A stretch of DNA of 64,000 nucleotides. Source: Phaeosaccion multiseriatum (taxonomy: Eukaryota; Protista; Ochrophyta, other classes). Where the stretch lies: the NCBI GenBank assembly GCA_965112735.1, contig OZ218950.1, forward strand, positions 682,001-746,000, in the 5' to 3' direction. Shown in pieces: positions 1 to 12,975 of the stretch. Position 1 is the stretch's first letter. The number at the start of each line of letters is the position of its first letter. The translations under genes and the position numbers were made by a program. The notes under the pieces were generated by a model. That model saw only the letters and a program-made list of their open reading frames with translations. It ran no database searches and was not told where the DNA came from.

Positions 1-2397
1 GCCTCCGCCCACAACGCCCTCACACCAGACGGCACCCAGACCATCCACCAGAGCTCCGGAGTCAACCAAGGAGCACCAGAAGGGCCTCTCATGTTCGCAG
101 CCGCCATCCACCCAGTGCTGAAAGTTCAGAACACAGCCGACACCGCAGCGAACCGCCCCACCATCTCCGCCTACGCAGACGACCTCATGGACCAGCTGGA
201 ACCCGACGCACCCCTACAGACCTACGCCCCACGCCATGCCCATCTCCAAGCCCAATTCCGAGGCTTGGGCCTCGAGTTCAACGAGAGGAAAACGGTTTAC
301 CTCATGGGCAAAGGCAAGCAGCCAACACAGGCTGACAGGGACCACGCCCAACGGCAGGGCGCCACACTTGCCACCGAGGGTACCGTGGTAGCCGGCATCC
401 CCGTCGGCACGGAGGAGTACATCGAAGAGTACCTCCGCAACATCCTCGGCCAAGAAGACCCCAGGGGCTACCTCCAACTCGCCAAACACTGCAGCGAGTG
501 GGACAACACCCAGGCGGCCACCCTCGTCCTCCTCCAATGCCTCCCAGCCAGGCTCACACACCTGGCGAGAGCCATTGACCCCTCCATCTTCCGACGCGCC
601 CTCGGCAGCAGGGCAGACCGCACCAACAGAGCGACAATGGCCCACATCATGCGACTCCCCGATGCCCCCCTCTGGAGCAGGCCGCAGATGCACAAGAGGA
701 GCCATGGACGGAGACACAGCGCCTACAAATGCATACGGCACGGCGCTTCGGCGGCCTCGGCCTCACCAGCCTCCACGACATCGCCCCAGCAGCATACCTT
801 GGCAACAAGATGCTCACCCTCCCCCCTGCTCAGCCGCACCGCACGCCGGGAAGGCTCCCAAGAGAGCGCCCTACCGGACCAGCTGTTCACCAACGGAGCC
901 CTCAAGAGCGTCGCCGACAGCGTCAACCTCCTGCACGAGGAGGGGGTCCCTGAGGCCCCCCTCATCCAAGCAGTGGGTCAGGCACAGTTCGACGAGGCCC
1001 GCTCACGCGTACTCGAGCCGCCTGACCACCAAGCCCAGGACACAGCGCGACGCAACGTGCGCAGGAGCCATCAGGCAGGCCGTCAACCGACCCACGGCGT
1101 CCAGAAGGCCCTCACCACCTTCATCCACAAACGCCGCCATGAGGAGCTGACGCAGAGCATCGCCACCATCGACGTCACACCGGCAGAGGCACAGAGGGGA
1201 GAGGAGACACAGGAAATGGCAACAGCCCGACTCCACTCACAGCGAGGAAGGGGCGCCATGGCCTTCCTCGGAGCGCTCCCCCACGGCCACAACACCATGG
1301 CCCCCGCAGAATGGACCATGGCCCTTCGTCGCAACCTCGGTGTCAACACGCCATACGCGGACCCGCCCCCACCCTGCCTTGGCACAGGCTGCGCCCGCAC
1401 GGCAAGCACTACCCACGCCACCATCTGCCCCCGCACCGGCCTCCACAACCACACACACCACCTCCTCGTCAAGGCCTTCGGGAGGATGATGCACAGCGTG
1501 GGCATTGGAGGAGCACGTGTAGAGGACCAGACCTGCTTCGACGGCCCCACGGGCACCCGAGCAGGCCGAGACCTACGCATGGACCTGACCTATCCCGCAG
1601 GTAGCTTCCCGGGAGCGGACGCACCCCTGCGGAGAAACCTCCTCTGCGACATCACCGTCACCAACCCCACCGCCCCCACTCACGTGGGACGGGCCTCCAC
1701 CACGCCAGGCCACGCAGCAGCCGCCGCCGAAGAACGCAAGCGCACCCACTACCTGGGCAGTTTTCTGCCCGGGACTTCAACCCTGAAGTGCATTGCAATC
1801 GAGACGTACGGCAGACTGGGCCACCAAACGGACGAGCTCATCGAGGCGATGGCCATCCACAAGGCATCAAGAGGGCTCGGCCCCGCAGCGGCGGCAGCCA
1901 CGGGCCCCATCAAGGGCCTCCTGCGCCAACAACTGTCCCTCGCCCTTCAACGCGCCCTCTCACAGCGGGAGATCAGGTATGGCACCCTCCTTCGAGCCAC
2001 CATGACGCAGCACGAAGCAGCAGAAACCCTCGACTGGGGGCTCATGGGAGCCATCGACGGAGCGGCCGCCTGAGGAGCAGGAGTACACCAGCCAGCAGAC
2101 AGCGAGACCATCAGCACACAGCATAGCAACCACAGTTAGTCACGCCTTGTCACCCGCACCACCCACAGTAGGCTAGTTCACATATCACCTCCACCACCTC
2201 ACTCCTTCCCACACCCCTTCATCTCCTCCTCCCCCCTTCACTCCCTTCCCATTCCCCATTATCCTCTACTCTACCACCCTTACCATCCTCTTCCCCTCCA
2301 CCTCACGCTCCATCAATACCACACATACACGCATCTACACATGGTTACAACTTACCTCGAGCGCTCCAATACTGAGCCCATAAGCTCTAATATACAT
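1..2397 (+). mobile_element. Retrotransposon copy A (5' part outside window)
   Basis: RT C-terminal half, RLE and 3' UTR match the FL copies. Ends tatacat followed by ctcgcacccctcaacag. Confidence 0.95.
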
Positions 2398-2480
2398 CTC
2401 GCACCCCTCAACAGTACACCTCTTCACCACAGCTCCGTGGGCCTGGCAAAGTCCTCCTTGGATCCGATGCTTGTCGCACC

Positions 2481-3427
2481 ACACACACCACCTCCTCGTC
2501 AAGGCCTTCGGGAGGATGATGCACAGCGTGGGCATTGGAGGAGCACGTGTAGAGGACCAGACCTGCTTCGACGGCCCCACGGGCACCCGAGCAGGCCGAG
2601 ACCTACGCATGGACCTGACCTATCCCGCAGGTAGCTTCCCGGGAGCGGACGCACCCCTGCGGAGAAACCTCCTCTGCGACATCACCGTCACCAACCCCAC
2701 CGCCCCCACTCACGTGGGACGGGCCTCCACCACGCCAGGCCACGCAGCAGCCGCCGCCGAAGAACGCAAGCGCACCCACTACCTGGGCAGTTTTCTGCCC
2801 GGGACTTCAACCCTGAAGTGCATTGCAATCGAGACGTACGGCAGACTGGGCCACCAAACGGACGAGCTCATCGAGGCGATGGCCATCCACAAGGCATCAA
2901 GAGGGCTCGGCCCCGCAGCGGCGGCAGCCACGGGCCCCATCAAGGGCCTCCTGCGCCAACAACTGTCCCTCGCCCTTCAACGCGCCCTCTCACAGCGGGA
3001 GATCAGGTATGGCACCCTCCTTCGAGCCACCATGACGCAGCACGAAGCAGCAGAAACCCTCGACTGGGGGCTCATGGGAGCCATCGACGGAGCGGCCGCC
3101 TGAGGAGCAGGAGTACACCAGCCAGCAGACAGCGAGACCATCAGCACACAGCATAGCAACCACAGTTAGTCACGCCTTGTCACCCGCACCACCCACAGTA
3201 GGCTAGTTCACATATCACCTCCACCACCTCACTCCTTCCCACACCCCTTCATCTCCTCCTCCCCCCTTCACTCCCTTCCCATTCCCCATTATCCTCTACT
3301 CTACCACCCTTACCATCCTCTTCCCCTCCACCTCACGCTCCATCAATACCACACATACACGCATCTACACATGGTTACAACTTACCTCGAGCGCTCCAAT
3401 ACTGAGCCCATAAGCTCTAATATACAT
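2481..3427 (+). mobile_element. 5'-truncated retrotransposon copy B (~0.95 kb, RLE + 3' UTR)
   Basis: Junction gtcgcacc|acacacaccacc with acc microhomology; normal 3' end. Confidence 0.93.
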
Positions 3428-3513
3428 CTCGCACCCCTCAACAGTACACCTCTTCACCACAGCTCCGTGGGCCTGGCAAAGTCCTCCTTGGATCCGATGC
3501 TTGTCGCACCACA

Positions 3514-6493
3514 CAGGTGCAGGAGCACCCCGAGAATGGCAACGACGTCACCAGAGAGGAGATCAGCACAGCCATGCTGCTGACCTACCGGAGGGTCAAC
3601 TTCTGGAAGGGCCAAGGAGCAGACGGGCGCAGGGCGAGCCACGTCAAGTACCCCCGGACAGCCCCCAGGAGTACGCAATCGTGGAGGCTCTGACTGACAC
3701 CTACGAGCTGCTCCGAACGGGGGACACTCCACTGCCTCCACAGCTCGCCAAACGGTGGTTCAGCACCAGCGCCGCAGCCCTCGGCGAGAAAGCGCGTCCT
3801 GTGACATCCCCCAACCTCTACCGCAGCCTCGTGGAGAGCTGTCACATGAAGCTCATCGCGGACAGGGTGGGCCCAGAGCTCAGAAGCGCAGGACAGCTAG
3901 CGGTAGCGGTCAGAGGCGGAGGGGAAACACACGCCGCAGCAGCCCAGCTAGCGCACGATGCCGGCAAAACCGTCGTGCTGCATGACATCACCAAGGCCTA
4001 CACCCGCGTGTCGCGTGCCAGAGGCGTCCTAGCCTCAGGAGCACTCCCTACCATCGACCCAGCAGGCATCAACTACGCCATCGCCAGCCTCTCCCACGCC
4101 TCCGCCCACAACGCCCTCACACCAGACGGCACCCAGACCATCCACCAGAGCTCCGGAGTCAACCAAGGAGCACCAGAAGGGCCTCTCATGTTCGCAGCCG
4201 CCATCCACCCAGTGCTGAAAGTTCAGAACACAGCCGACACCGCAGCGAACCGCCCCACCATCTCCGCCTACGCAGACGACCTCATGGACCAGCTGGAACC
4301 CGACGCACCCCTACAGACCTACGCCCCACGCCATGCCCATCTCCAAGCCCAATTCCGAGGCTTGGGCCTCGAGTTCAACGAGAGGAAAACGGTTTACCTC
4401 ATGGGCAAAGGCAAGCAGCCAACACAGGCTGACAGGGACCACGCCCAACGGCAGGGCGCCACACTTGCCACCGAGGGTACCGTGGTAGCCGGCATCCCCG
4501 TCGGCACGGAGGAGTACATCGAAGAGTACCTCCGCAACATCCTCGGCCAAGAAGACCCCAGGGGCTACCTCCAACTCGCCAAACACTGCAGCGAGTGGGA
4601 CAACACCCAGGCGGCCACCCTCGTCCTCCTCCAATGCCTCCCAGCCAGGCTCACACACCTGGCGAGAGCCATTGACCCCTCCATCTTCCGACGCGCCCTC
4701 GGCAGCAGGGCAGACCGCACCAACAGAGCGACAATGGCCCACATCATGCGACTCCCCGATGCCCCCCTCTGGAGCAGGCCGCAGATGCACAAGAGGAGCC
4801 ATGGACGGAGACACAGCGCCTACAAATGCATACGGCACGGCGCTTCGGCGGCCTCGGCCTCACCAGCCTCCACGACATCGCCCCAGCAGCATACCTTGGC
4901 AACAAGATGCTCACCCTCCCCCCTGCTCAGCCGCACCGCACGCCGGGAAGGCTCCCAAGAGAGCGCCCTACCGGACCAGCTGTTCACCAACGGAGCCCTC
5001 AAGAGCGTCGCCGACAGCGTCAACCTCCTGCACGAGGAGGGGGTCCCTGAGGCCCCCCTCATCCAAGCAGTGGGTCAGGCACAGTTCGACGAGGCCCGCT
5101 CACGCGTACTCGAGCCGCCTGACCACCAAGCCCAGGACACAGCGCGACGCAACGTGCGCAGGAGCCATCAGGCAGGCCGTCAACCGACCCACGGCGTCCA
5201 GAAGGCCCTCACCACCTTCATCCACAAACGCCGCCATGAGGAGCTGACGCAGAGCATCGCCACCATCGACGTCACACCGGCAGAGGCACAGAGGGGAGAG
5301 GAGACACAGGAAATGGCAACAGCCCGACTCCACTCACAGCGAGGAAGGGGCGCCATGGCCTTCCTCGGAGCGCTCCCCCACGGCCACAACACCATGGCCC
5401 CCGCAGAATGGACCATGGCCCTTCGTCGCAACCTCGGTGTCAACACGCCATACGCGGACCCGCCCCCACCCTGCCTTGGCACAGGCTGCGCCCGCACGGC
5501 AAGCACTACCCACGCCACCATCTGCCCCCGCACCGGCCTCCACAACCACACACACCACCTCCTCGTCAAGGCCTTCGGGAGGATGATGCACAGCGTGGGC
5601 ATTGGAGGAGCACGTGTAGAGGACCAGACCTGCTTCGACGGCCCCACGGGCACCCGAGCAGGCCGAGACCTACGCATGGACCTGACCTATCCCGCAGGTA
5701 GCTTCCCGGGAGCGGACGCACCCCTGCGGAGAAACCTCCTCTGCGACATCACCGTCACCAACCCCACCGCCCCCACTCACGTGGGACGGGCCTCCACCAC
5801 GCCAGGCCACGCAGCAGCCGCCGCCGAAGAACGCAAGCGCACCCACTACCTGGGCAGTTTTCTGCCCGGGACTTCAACCCTGAAGTGCATTGCAATCGAG
5901 ACGTACGGCAGACTGGGCCACCAAACGGACGAGCTCATCGAGGCGATGGCCATCCACAAGGCATCAAGAGGGCTCGGCCCCGCAGCGGCGGCAGCCACGG
6001 GCCCCATCAAGGGCCTCCTGCGCCAACAACTGTCCCTCGCCCTTCAACGCGCCCTCTCACAGCGGGAGATCAGGTATGGCACCCTCCTTCGAGCCACCAT
6101 GACGCAGCACGAAGCAGCAGAAACCCTCGACTGGGGGCTCATGGGAGCCATCGACGGAGCGGCCGCCTGAGGAGCAGGAGTACACCAGCCAGCAGACAGC
6201 GAGACCATCAGCACACAGCATAGCAACCACAGTTAGTCACGCCTTGTCACCCGCACCACCCACAGTAGGCTAGTTCACATATCACCTCCACCACCTCACT
6301 CCTTCCCACACCCCTTCATCTCCTCCTCCCCCTTCACTCCCTTCCCATTCCCCATTATCCTCTACTCTACCACCCTTACCATCCTCTTCCCCTCCACCTC
6401 ACGCTCCATCAATACCACACATACACGCATCTACACATGGTTACAACTTACCTCGAGCGCTCCAATACTGAGCCCATAAGCTCTAATATACAT
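3514..6493 (+). mobile_element. 5'-truncated retrotransposon copy C (~2.98 kb, RT + RLE)
   Basis: Junction gtcgcaccaca|caggtgcaggag; normal 3' end. Confidence 0.93.
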
Positions 6494-6576
6494 CTCGCAC
6501 CCCTCAACAGTACACCTCTTCACCACAGCTCCGTGGGCCTGGCAAAGTCCTCCTTGGATCCGATGCTTGTCGCACC

Positions 6577-7522
6577 ACACACACCACCTCCTCGTCAAGG
6601 CCTTCGGGAGGATGATGCACAGCGTGGGCATTGGAGGAGCACGTGTAGAGGACCAGACCTGCTTCGACGGCCCCACGGGCACCCGAGCAGGCCGAGACCT
6701 ACGCATGGACCTGACCTATCCCGCAGGTAGCTTCCCGGGAGCGGACGCACCCCTGCGGAGAAACCTCCTCTGCGACATCACCGTCACCAACCCCACCGCC
6801 CCCACTCACGTGGGACGGGCCTCCACCACGCCAGGCCACGCAGCAGCCGCCGCCGAAGAACGCAAGCGCACCCACTACCTGGGCAGTTTTCTGCCCGGGA
6901 CTTCAACCCTGAAGTGCATTGCAATCGAGACGTACGGCAGACTGGGCCACCAAACGGACGAGCTCATCGAGGCGATGGCCATCCACAAGGCATCAAGAGG
7001 GCTCGGCCCCGCAGCGGCGGCAGCCACGGGCCCCATCAAGGGCCTCCTGCGCCAACAACTGTCCCTCGCCCTTCAACGCGCCCTCTCACAGCGGGAGATC
7101 AGGTATGGCACCCTCCTTCGAGCCACCATGACGCAGCACGAAGCAGCAGAAACCCTCGACTGGGGGCTCATGGGAGCCATCGACGGAGCGGCCGCCTGAG
7201 GAGCAGGAGTACACCAGCCAGCAGACAGCGAGACCATCAGCACACAGCATAGCAACCACAGTTAGTCACGCCTTGTCACCCGCACCACCCACAGTAGGCT
7301 AGTTCACATATCACCTCCACCACCTCACTCCTTCCCACACCCCTTCATCTCCTCCTCCCCCTTCACTCCCTTCCCATTCCCCATTATCCTCTACTCTACC
7401 ACCCTTACCATCCTCTTCCCCTCCACCTCACGCTCCATCAATACCACACATACACGCATCTACACATGGTTACAACTTACCTCGAGCGCTCCAATACTGA
7501 GCCCATAAGCTCTAATATACAT
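6577..7522 (+). mobile_element. 5'-truncated retrotransposon copy D (same truncation as B)
   Basis: 5' junction identical to copy B. Confidence 0.93.
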
Positions 7523-7608
7523 CTCGCACCCCTCAACAGTACACCTCTTCACCACAGCTCCGTGGGCCTGGCAAAGTCCTCCTTGGATCCGATGCTTGTC
7601 GCACCACA

Positions 7609-10590
7609 CAGGTGCAGGAGCACCCCGAGAATGGCAACGACGTCACCAGAGAGGAGATCAGCACAGCCATGCTGCTGACCTACCGGAGGGTCAACTTCTG
7701 GAAGGGCCAAGGAGCAGACGGGCGCAGGGCGAGCCACGTCAAGTACCCCCGGACAGCCCCCAGGAGTACGCAATCGTGGAGGCTCTGACTGACACCTACG
7801 AGCTGCTCCGAACGGGGGACACTCCACTGCCTCCACAGCTCGCCAAACGGTGGTTCAGCACCAGCGCCGCAGCCCTCGGCGAGAAAGCGCGTCCTGTGAC
7901 ATCCCCCAACCTCTACCGCAGCCTCGTGGAGAGCTGTCACATGAAGCTCATCGCGGACAGGGTGGGCCCAGAGCTCAGAAGCGCAGGACAGCTAGCGGTA
8001 GCGGTCAGAGGCGGAGGGGAAACACACGCCGCAGCAGCCCAGCTAGCGCACGATGCCGGCAAAACCGTCGTGCTGCATGACATCACCAAGGCCTACACCC
8101 GCGTGTCGCGTGCCAGAGGCGTCCTAGCCTCAGGAGCACTCCCTACCATCGACCCAGCAGGCATCAACTACGCCATCGCCAGCCTCTCCCACGCCTCCGC
8201 CCACAACGCCCTCACACCAGACGGCACCCAGACCATCCACCAGAGCTCCGGAGTCAACCAAGGAGCACCAGAAGGGCCTCTCATGTTCGCAGCCGCCATC
8301 CACCCAGTGCTGAAAGTTCAGAACACAGCCGACACCGCAGCGAACCGCCCCACCATCTCCGCCTACGCAGACGACCTCATGGACCAGCTGGAACCCGACG
8401 CACCCCTACAGACCTACGCCCCACGCCATGCCCATCTCCAAGCCCAATTCCGAGGCTTGGGCCTCGAGTTCAACGAGAGGAAAACGGTTTACCTCATGGG
8501 CAAAGGCAAGCAGCCAACACAGGCTGACAGGGACCACGCCCAACGGCAGGGCGCCACACTTGCCACCGAGGGTACCGTGGTAGCCGGCATCCCCGTCGGC
8601 ACGGAGGAGTACATCGAAGAGTACCTCCGCAACATCCTCGGCCAAGAAGACCCCAGGGGCTACCTCCAACTCGCCAAACACTGCAGCGAGTGGGACAACA
8701 CCCAGGCGGCCACCCTCGTCCTCCTCCAATGCCTCCCAGCCAGGCTCACACACCTGGCGAGAGCCATTGACCCCTCCATCTTCCGACGCGCCCTCGGCAG
8801 CAGGGCAGACCGCACCAACAGAGCGACAATGGCCCACATCATGCGACTCCCCGATGCCCCCCTCTGGAGCAGGCCGCAGATGCACAAGAGGAGCCATGGA
8901 CGGAGACACAGCGCCTACAAATGCATACGGCACGGCGCTTCGGCGGCCTCGGCCTCACCAGCCTCCACGACATCGCCCCAGCAGCATACCTTGGCAACAA
9001 GATGCTCACCCTCCCCCCCTGCTCAGCCGCACCGCACGCCGGGAAGGCTCCCAAGAGAGCGCCCTACCGGACCAGCTGTTCACCAACGGAGCCCTCAAGA
9101 GCGTCGCCGACAGCGTCAACCTCCTGCACGAGGAGGGGGTCCCTGAGGCCCCCCTCATCCAAGCAGTGGGTCAGGCACAGTTCGACGAGGCCCGCTCACG
9201 CGTACTCGAGCCGCCTGACCACCAAGCCCAGGACACAGCGCGACGCAACGTGCGCAGGAGCCATCAGGCAGGCCGTCAACCGACCCACGGCGTCCAGAAG
9301 GCCCTCACCACCTTCATCCACAAACGCCGCCATGAGGAGCTGACGCAGAGCATCGCCACCATCGACGTCACACCGGCAGAGGCACAGAGGGGAGAGGAGA
9401 CACAGGAAATGGCAACAGCCCGACTCCACTCACAGCGAGGAAGGGGCGCCATGGCCTTCCTCGGAGCGCTCCCCCACGGCCACAACACCATGGCCCCCGC
9501 AGAATGGACCATGGCCCTTCGTCGCAACCTCGGTGTCAACACGCCATACGCGGACCCGCCCCCACCCTGCCTTGGCACAGGCTGCGCCCGCACGGCAAGC
9601 ACTACCCACGCCACCATCTGCCCCCGCACCGGCCTCCACAACCACACACACCACCTCCTCGTCAAGGCCTTCGGGAGGATGATGCACAGCGTGGGCATTG
9701 GAGGAGCACGTGTAGAGGACCAGACCTGCTTCGACGGCCCCACGGGCACCCGAGCAGGCCGAGACCTACGCATGGACCTGACCTATCCCGCAGGTAGCTT
9801 CCCGGGAGCGGACGCACCCCTGCGGAGAAACCTCCTCTGCGACATCACCGTCACCAACCCCACCGCCCCCACTCACGTGGGACGGGCCTCCACCACGCCA
9901 GGCCACGCAGCAGCCGCCGCCGAAGAACGCAAGCGCACCCACTACCTGGGCAGTTTTCTGCCCGGGACTTCAACCCTGAAGTGCATTGCAATCGAGACGT
10001 ACGGCAGACTGGGCCACCAAACGGACGAGCTCATCGAGGCGATGGCCATCCACAAGGCATCAAGAGGGCTCGGCCCCGCAGCGGCGGCAGCCACGGGCCC
10101 CATCAAGGGCCTCCTGCGCCAACAACTGTCCCTCGCCCTTCAACGCGCCCTCTCACAGCGGGAGATCAGGTATGGCACCCTCCTTCGAGCCACCATGACG
10201 CAGCACGAAGCAGCAGAAACCCTCGACTGGGGGCTCATGGGAGCCATCGACGGAGCGGCCGCCTGAGGAGCAGGAGTACACCAGCCAGCAGACAGCGAGA
10301 CCATCAGCACACAGCATAGCAACCACAGTTAGTCACGCCTTGTCACCCGCACCACCCACAGTAGGCTAGTTCACATATCACCTCCACCACCTCACTCCTT
10401 CCCACACCCCTTCATCTCCTCCTCCCCCCTTCACTCCCTTCCCATTCCCCATTATCCTCTACTCTACCACCCTTACCATCCTCTTCCCCTCCACCTCACG
10501 CTCCATCAATACCACACATACACGCATCTACACATGGTTACAACTTACCTCGAGCGCTCCAATACTGAGCCCATAAGCTCTAATATACAT
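7609..10590 (+). mobile_element. 5'-truncated retrotransposon copy E (same truncation as C)
   Basis: 5' junction identical to copy C. The 3' end is followed directly by gtcgcacc and copy F. Confidence 0.93.
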
Positions 10591-10598
10591 GTCGCACC

Positions 10599-11545
10599 AC
10601 ACACACCACCTCCTCGTCAAGGCCTTCGGGAGGATGATGCACAGCGTGGGCATTGGAGGAGCACGTGTAGAGGACCAGACCTGCTTCGACGGCCCCACGG
10701 GCACCCGAGCAGGCCGAGACCTACGCATGGACCTGACCTATCCCGCAGGTAGCTTCCCGGGAGCGGACGCACCCCTGCGGAGAAACCTCCTCTGCGACAT
10801 CACCGTCACCAACCCCACCGCCCCCACTCACGTGGGACGGGCCTCCACCACGCCAGGCCACGCAGCAGCCGCCGCCGAAGAACGCAAGCGCACCCACTAC
10901 CTGGGCAGTTTTCTGCCCGGGACTTCAACCCTGAAGTGCATTGCAATCGAGACGTACGGCAGACTGGGCCACCAAACGGACGAGCTCATCGAGGCGATGG
11001 CCATCCACAAGGCATCAAGAGGGCTCGGCCCCGCAGCGGCGGCAGCCACGGGCCCCATCAAGGGCCTCCTGCGCCAACAACTGTCCCTCGCCCTTCAACG
11101 CGCCCTCTCACAGCGGGAGATCAGGTATGGCACCCTCCTTCGAGCCACCATGACGCAGCACGAAGCAGCAGAAACCCTCGACTGGGGGCTCATGGGAGCC
11201 ATCGACGGAGCGGCCGCCTGAGGAGCAGGAGTACACCAGCCAGCAGACAGCGAGACCATCAGCACACAGCATAGCAACCACAGTTAGTCACGCCTTGTCA
11301 CCCGCACCACCCACAGTAGGCTAGTTCACATATCACCTCCACCACCTCACTCCTTCCCACACCCCTTCATCTCCTCCTCCCCCCTTCACTCCCTTCCCAT
11401 TCCCCATTATCCTCTACTCTACCACCCTTACCATCCTCTTCCCCTCCACCTCACGCTCCATCAATACCACACATACACGCATCTACACATGGTTACAACT
11501 TACCTCGAGCGCACCAATACTGAGCCCATAAGCTCTAATATACAT
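10599..11545 (+). mobile_element. 5'-truncated retrotransposon copy F (same truncation as B/D)
   Basis: Flanked by gtcgcacc on both sides (10591-10598 and 11546-11553). Confidence 0.93.
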
Positions 11546-11728
11546 GTCGCACCCCTCAACAGTACACCTCTTCCGCACAGCTCCATGGGCCTGGCAAAGT
11601 CCTCCCTGCTTCGGGTACTTGTCGCACCCCTCAACAGTACACCTCTTCACCACAGCTCCATGGCCCTTGCAAAGTCCTCCCTGTCGCGACTGCTTCTCGC
11701 ACCCCTCAACAGTACATCTCTTCCGCAT
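11546..11728 (-). pseudogene. 5' part of a zinc-finger paralog (2 fingers, then insertion in finger 3); single-finger remnants at 2398-2480, 3428-3510, 6494-6576 and 7523-7605
   Basis: ATG at 11728, MRKRCTVEGCEKQSRQ...DKYPKQ...CTVEGCD, then the antisense element 3' end. Confidence 0.85.
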
Positions 11729-12222
11729 TCTCACAACTCCGCGCCCTTCAAACAATCCTCCTTGCATCTCCTTCGCGTTTCTTCAAAAGAATACAAGTGC
11801 TCCCCCGTGGACAAGAAGGCTCTTACAGCCCTTCCTTCACTGTCTGTCGTGGTCAAGAGAAGAGAGAGAAGTTGAATGTATATGTGCCAAGTTCAAGGCC
11901 TCCAACCCGCGCATCGGCTGAAGACAAAGGAGGATAGATCCCCTTGCGTCCAGCCCAAGTCTTGGAGAAGAGGAGGAGAGAAGGTTGTAAAAGAGGATAA
12001 TCAAAAGAGGGAAGAGAGGGGAAGATATTTCTTGAGGGAGAGAAACAAAAAAAAAAATGAAGGCGCTTAGATGCGTATTGGATCTGGACGAGGAGCCCAG
12101 CTCGGAGTCCCACAGAGCTCCCCCCCGCAAACACTCTCCGAGGGGTTCGGGGCTTTACGAGGCCCAAAGACTGAGGACGATACAACGCTTGCCTTGTGTC
12201 AAGAACAAGAGCTTCCTCACGA

Positions 12223-12921
12223 CTACTCTTCCGGCTGCCCATCTGCTGCTACTGCCGCTGTATCACCAACTGCTGTATCACCACCACTGGCGAGGGCGGC
12301 CTTGTGATCATGGAGGTGTATAACGGCTTTCCCGTCGTCCACGTGTCCCTTCATCAGGCAAATTACCTCCCCATGCGGCCACGTGTTGCTCAGACCGGCC
12401 ACCAGCTGGGGCAGGATGGGATGGCAGTGGATGGGGATGACGGGACGGGGGGGGAGGGGCGAAGGAGAGAGAGGATGAGTGCTTTCACTTCGAGGTGGAA
12501 GAGAAGGACATGGAGGGAGAGAGAGAGAGAGTTATCCCTCCATCATACAACTGCCGACGGCTTAGCGCTAAGCAGGTGGTGATACATAGCATATGCATTG
12601 TAGTTGGTGATACATTACATGCGCTAACATGAGTCTACCCAGGCTTAAAGAAAGACTACATACCTCGCCAAGGAAGGAGCGCAACGCGGCCCCGCACGTA
12701 CTTCCCGCGGGCCATCCACTGCCATCCCCCTCCCCCTTCTCCCCCTCCTCCTCCTCCTCCTGCTCCTCCTCCTCCTCCTCCTCCTCCTCCTCCTCCTCCT
12801 CCCCCGCCCCTGTGTCCACGCTCTCGGTGACCATGGTCTGTCCCCCCGCAGCAACGCTGTCGGCCACACGCGCGAGGGCTTCCCAGAAGTCGAACAGCGT
12901 CAGGACTCCGTTCTGGGGTGG

Positions 12922-12975
<54 letters not shown>

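Larger units (their letters stand above)
1..11545 (+). repeat. ~4.1 kb-period tandem array of alternating long and short truncated elements separated by one identical zinc-finger repeat
   Basis: Equivalent ORFs at 214, 4311 and 8406 (offsets 4097 and 4095); identical junctions and spacers. Confidence 0.9.

Noticed and set aside
660-830. Frameshifted segment (LWSRPQMHK...CSPSP) as a real protein variant
   Set aside because: It is caused by C runs of 6 versus 7 and 8 in FL1 and removes the conserved RFGGLGL motif. Most likely homopolymer sequencing error.
1-11545. Short copies B/D/F as LTRs of an LTR or DIRS element
   Set aside because: They are 5'-truncated copies containing RLE coding sequence. 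There are no TG..CA ends, PBS, integrase, protease or tyrosine recombinase.
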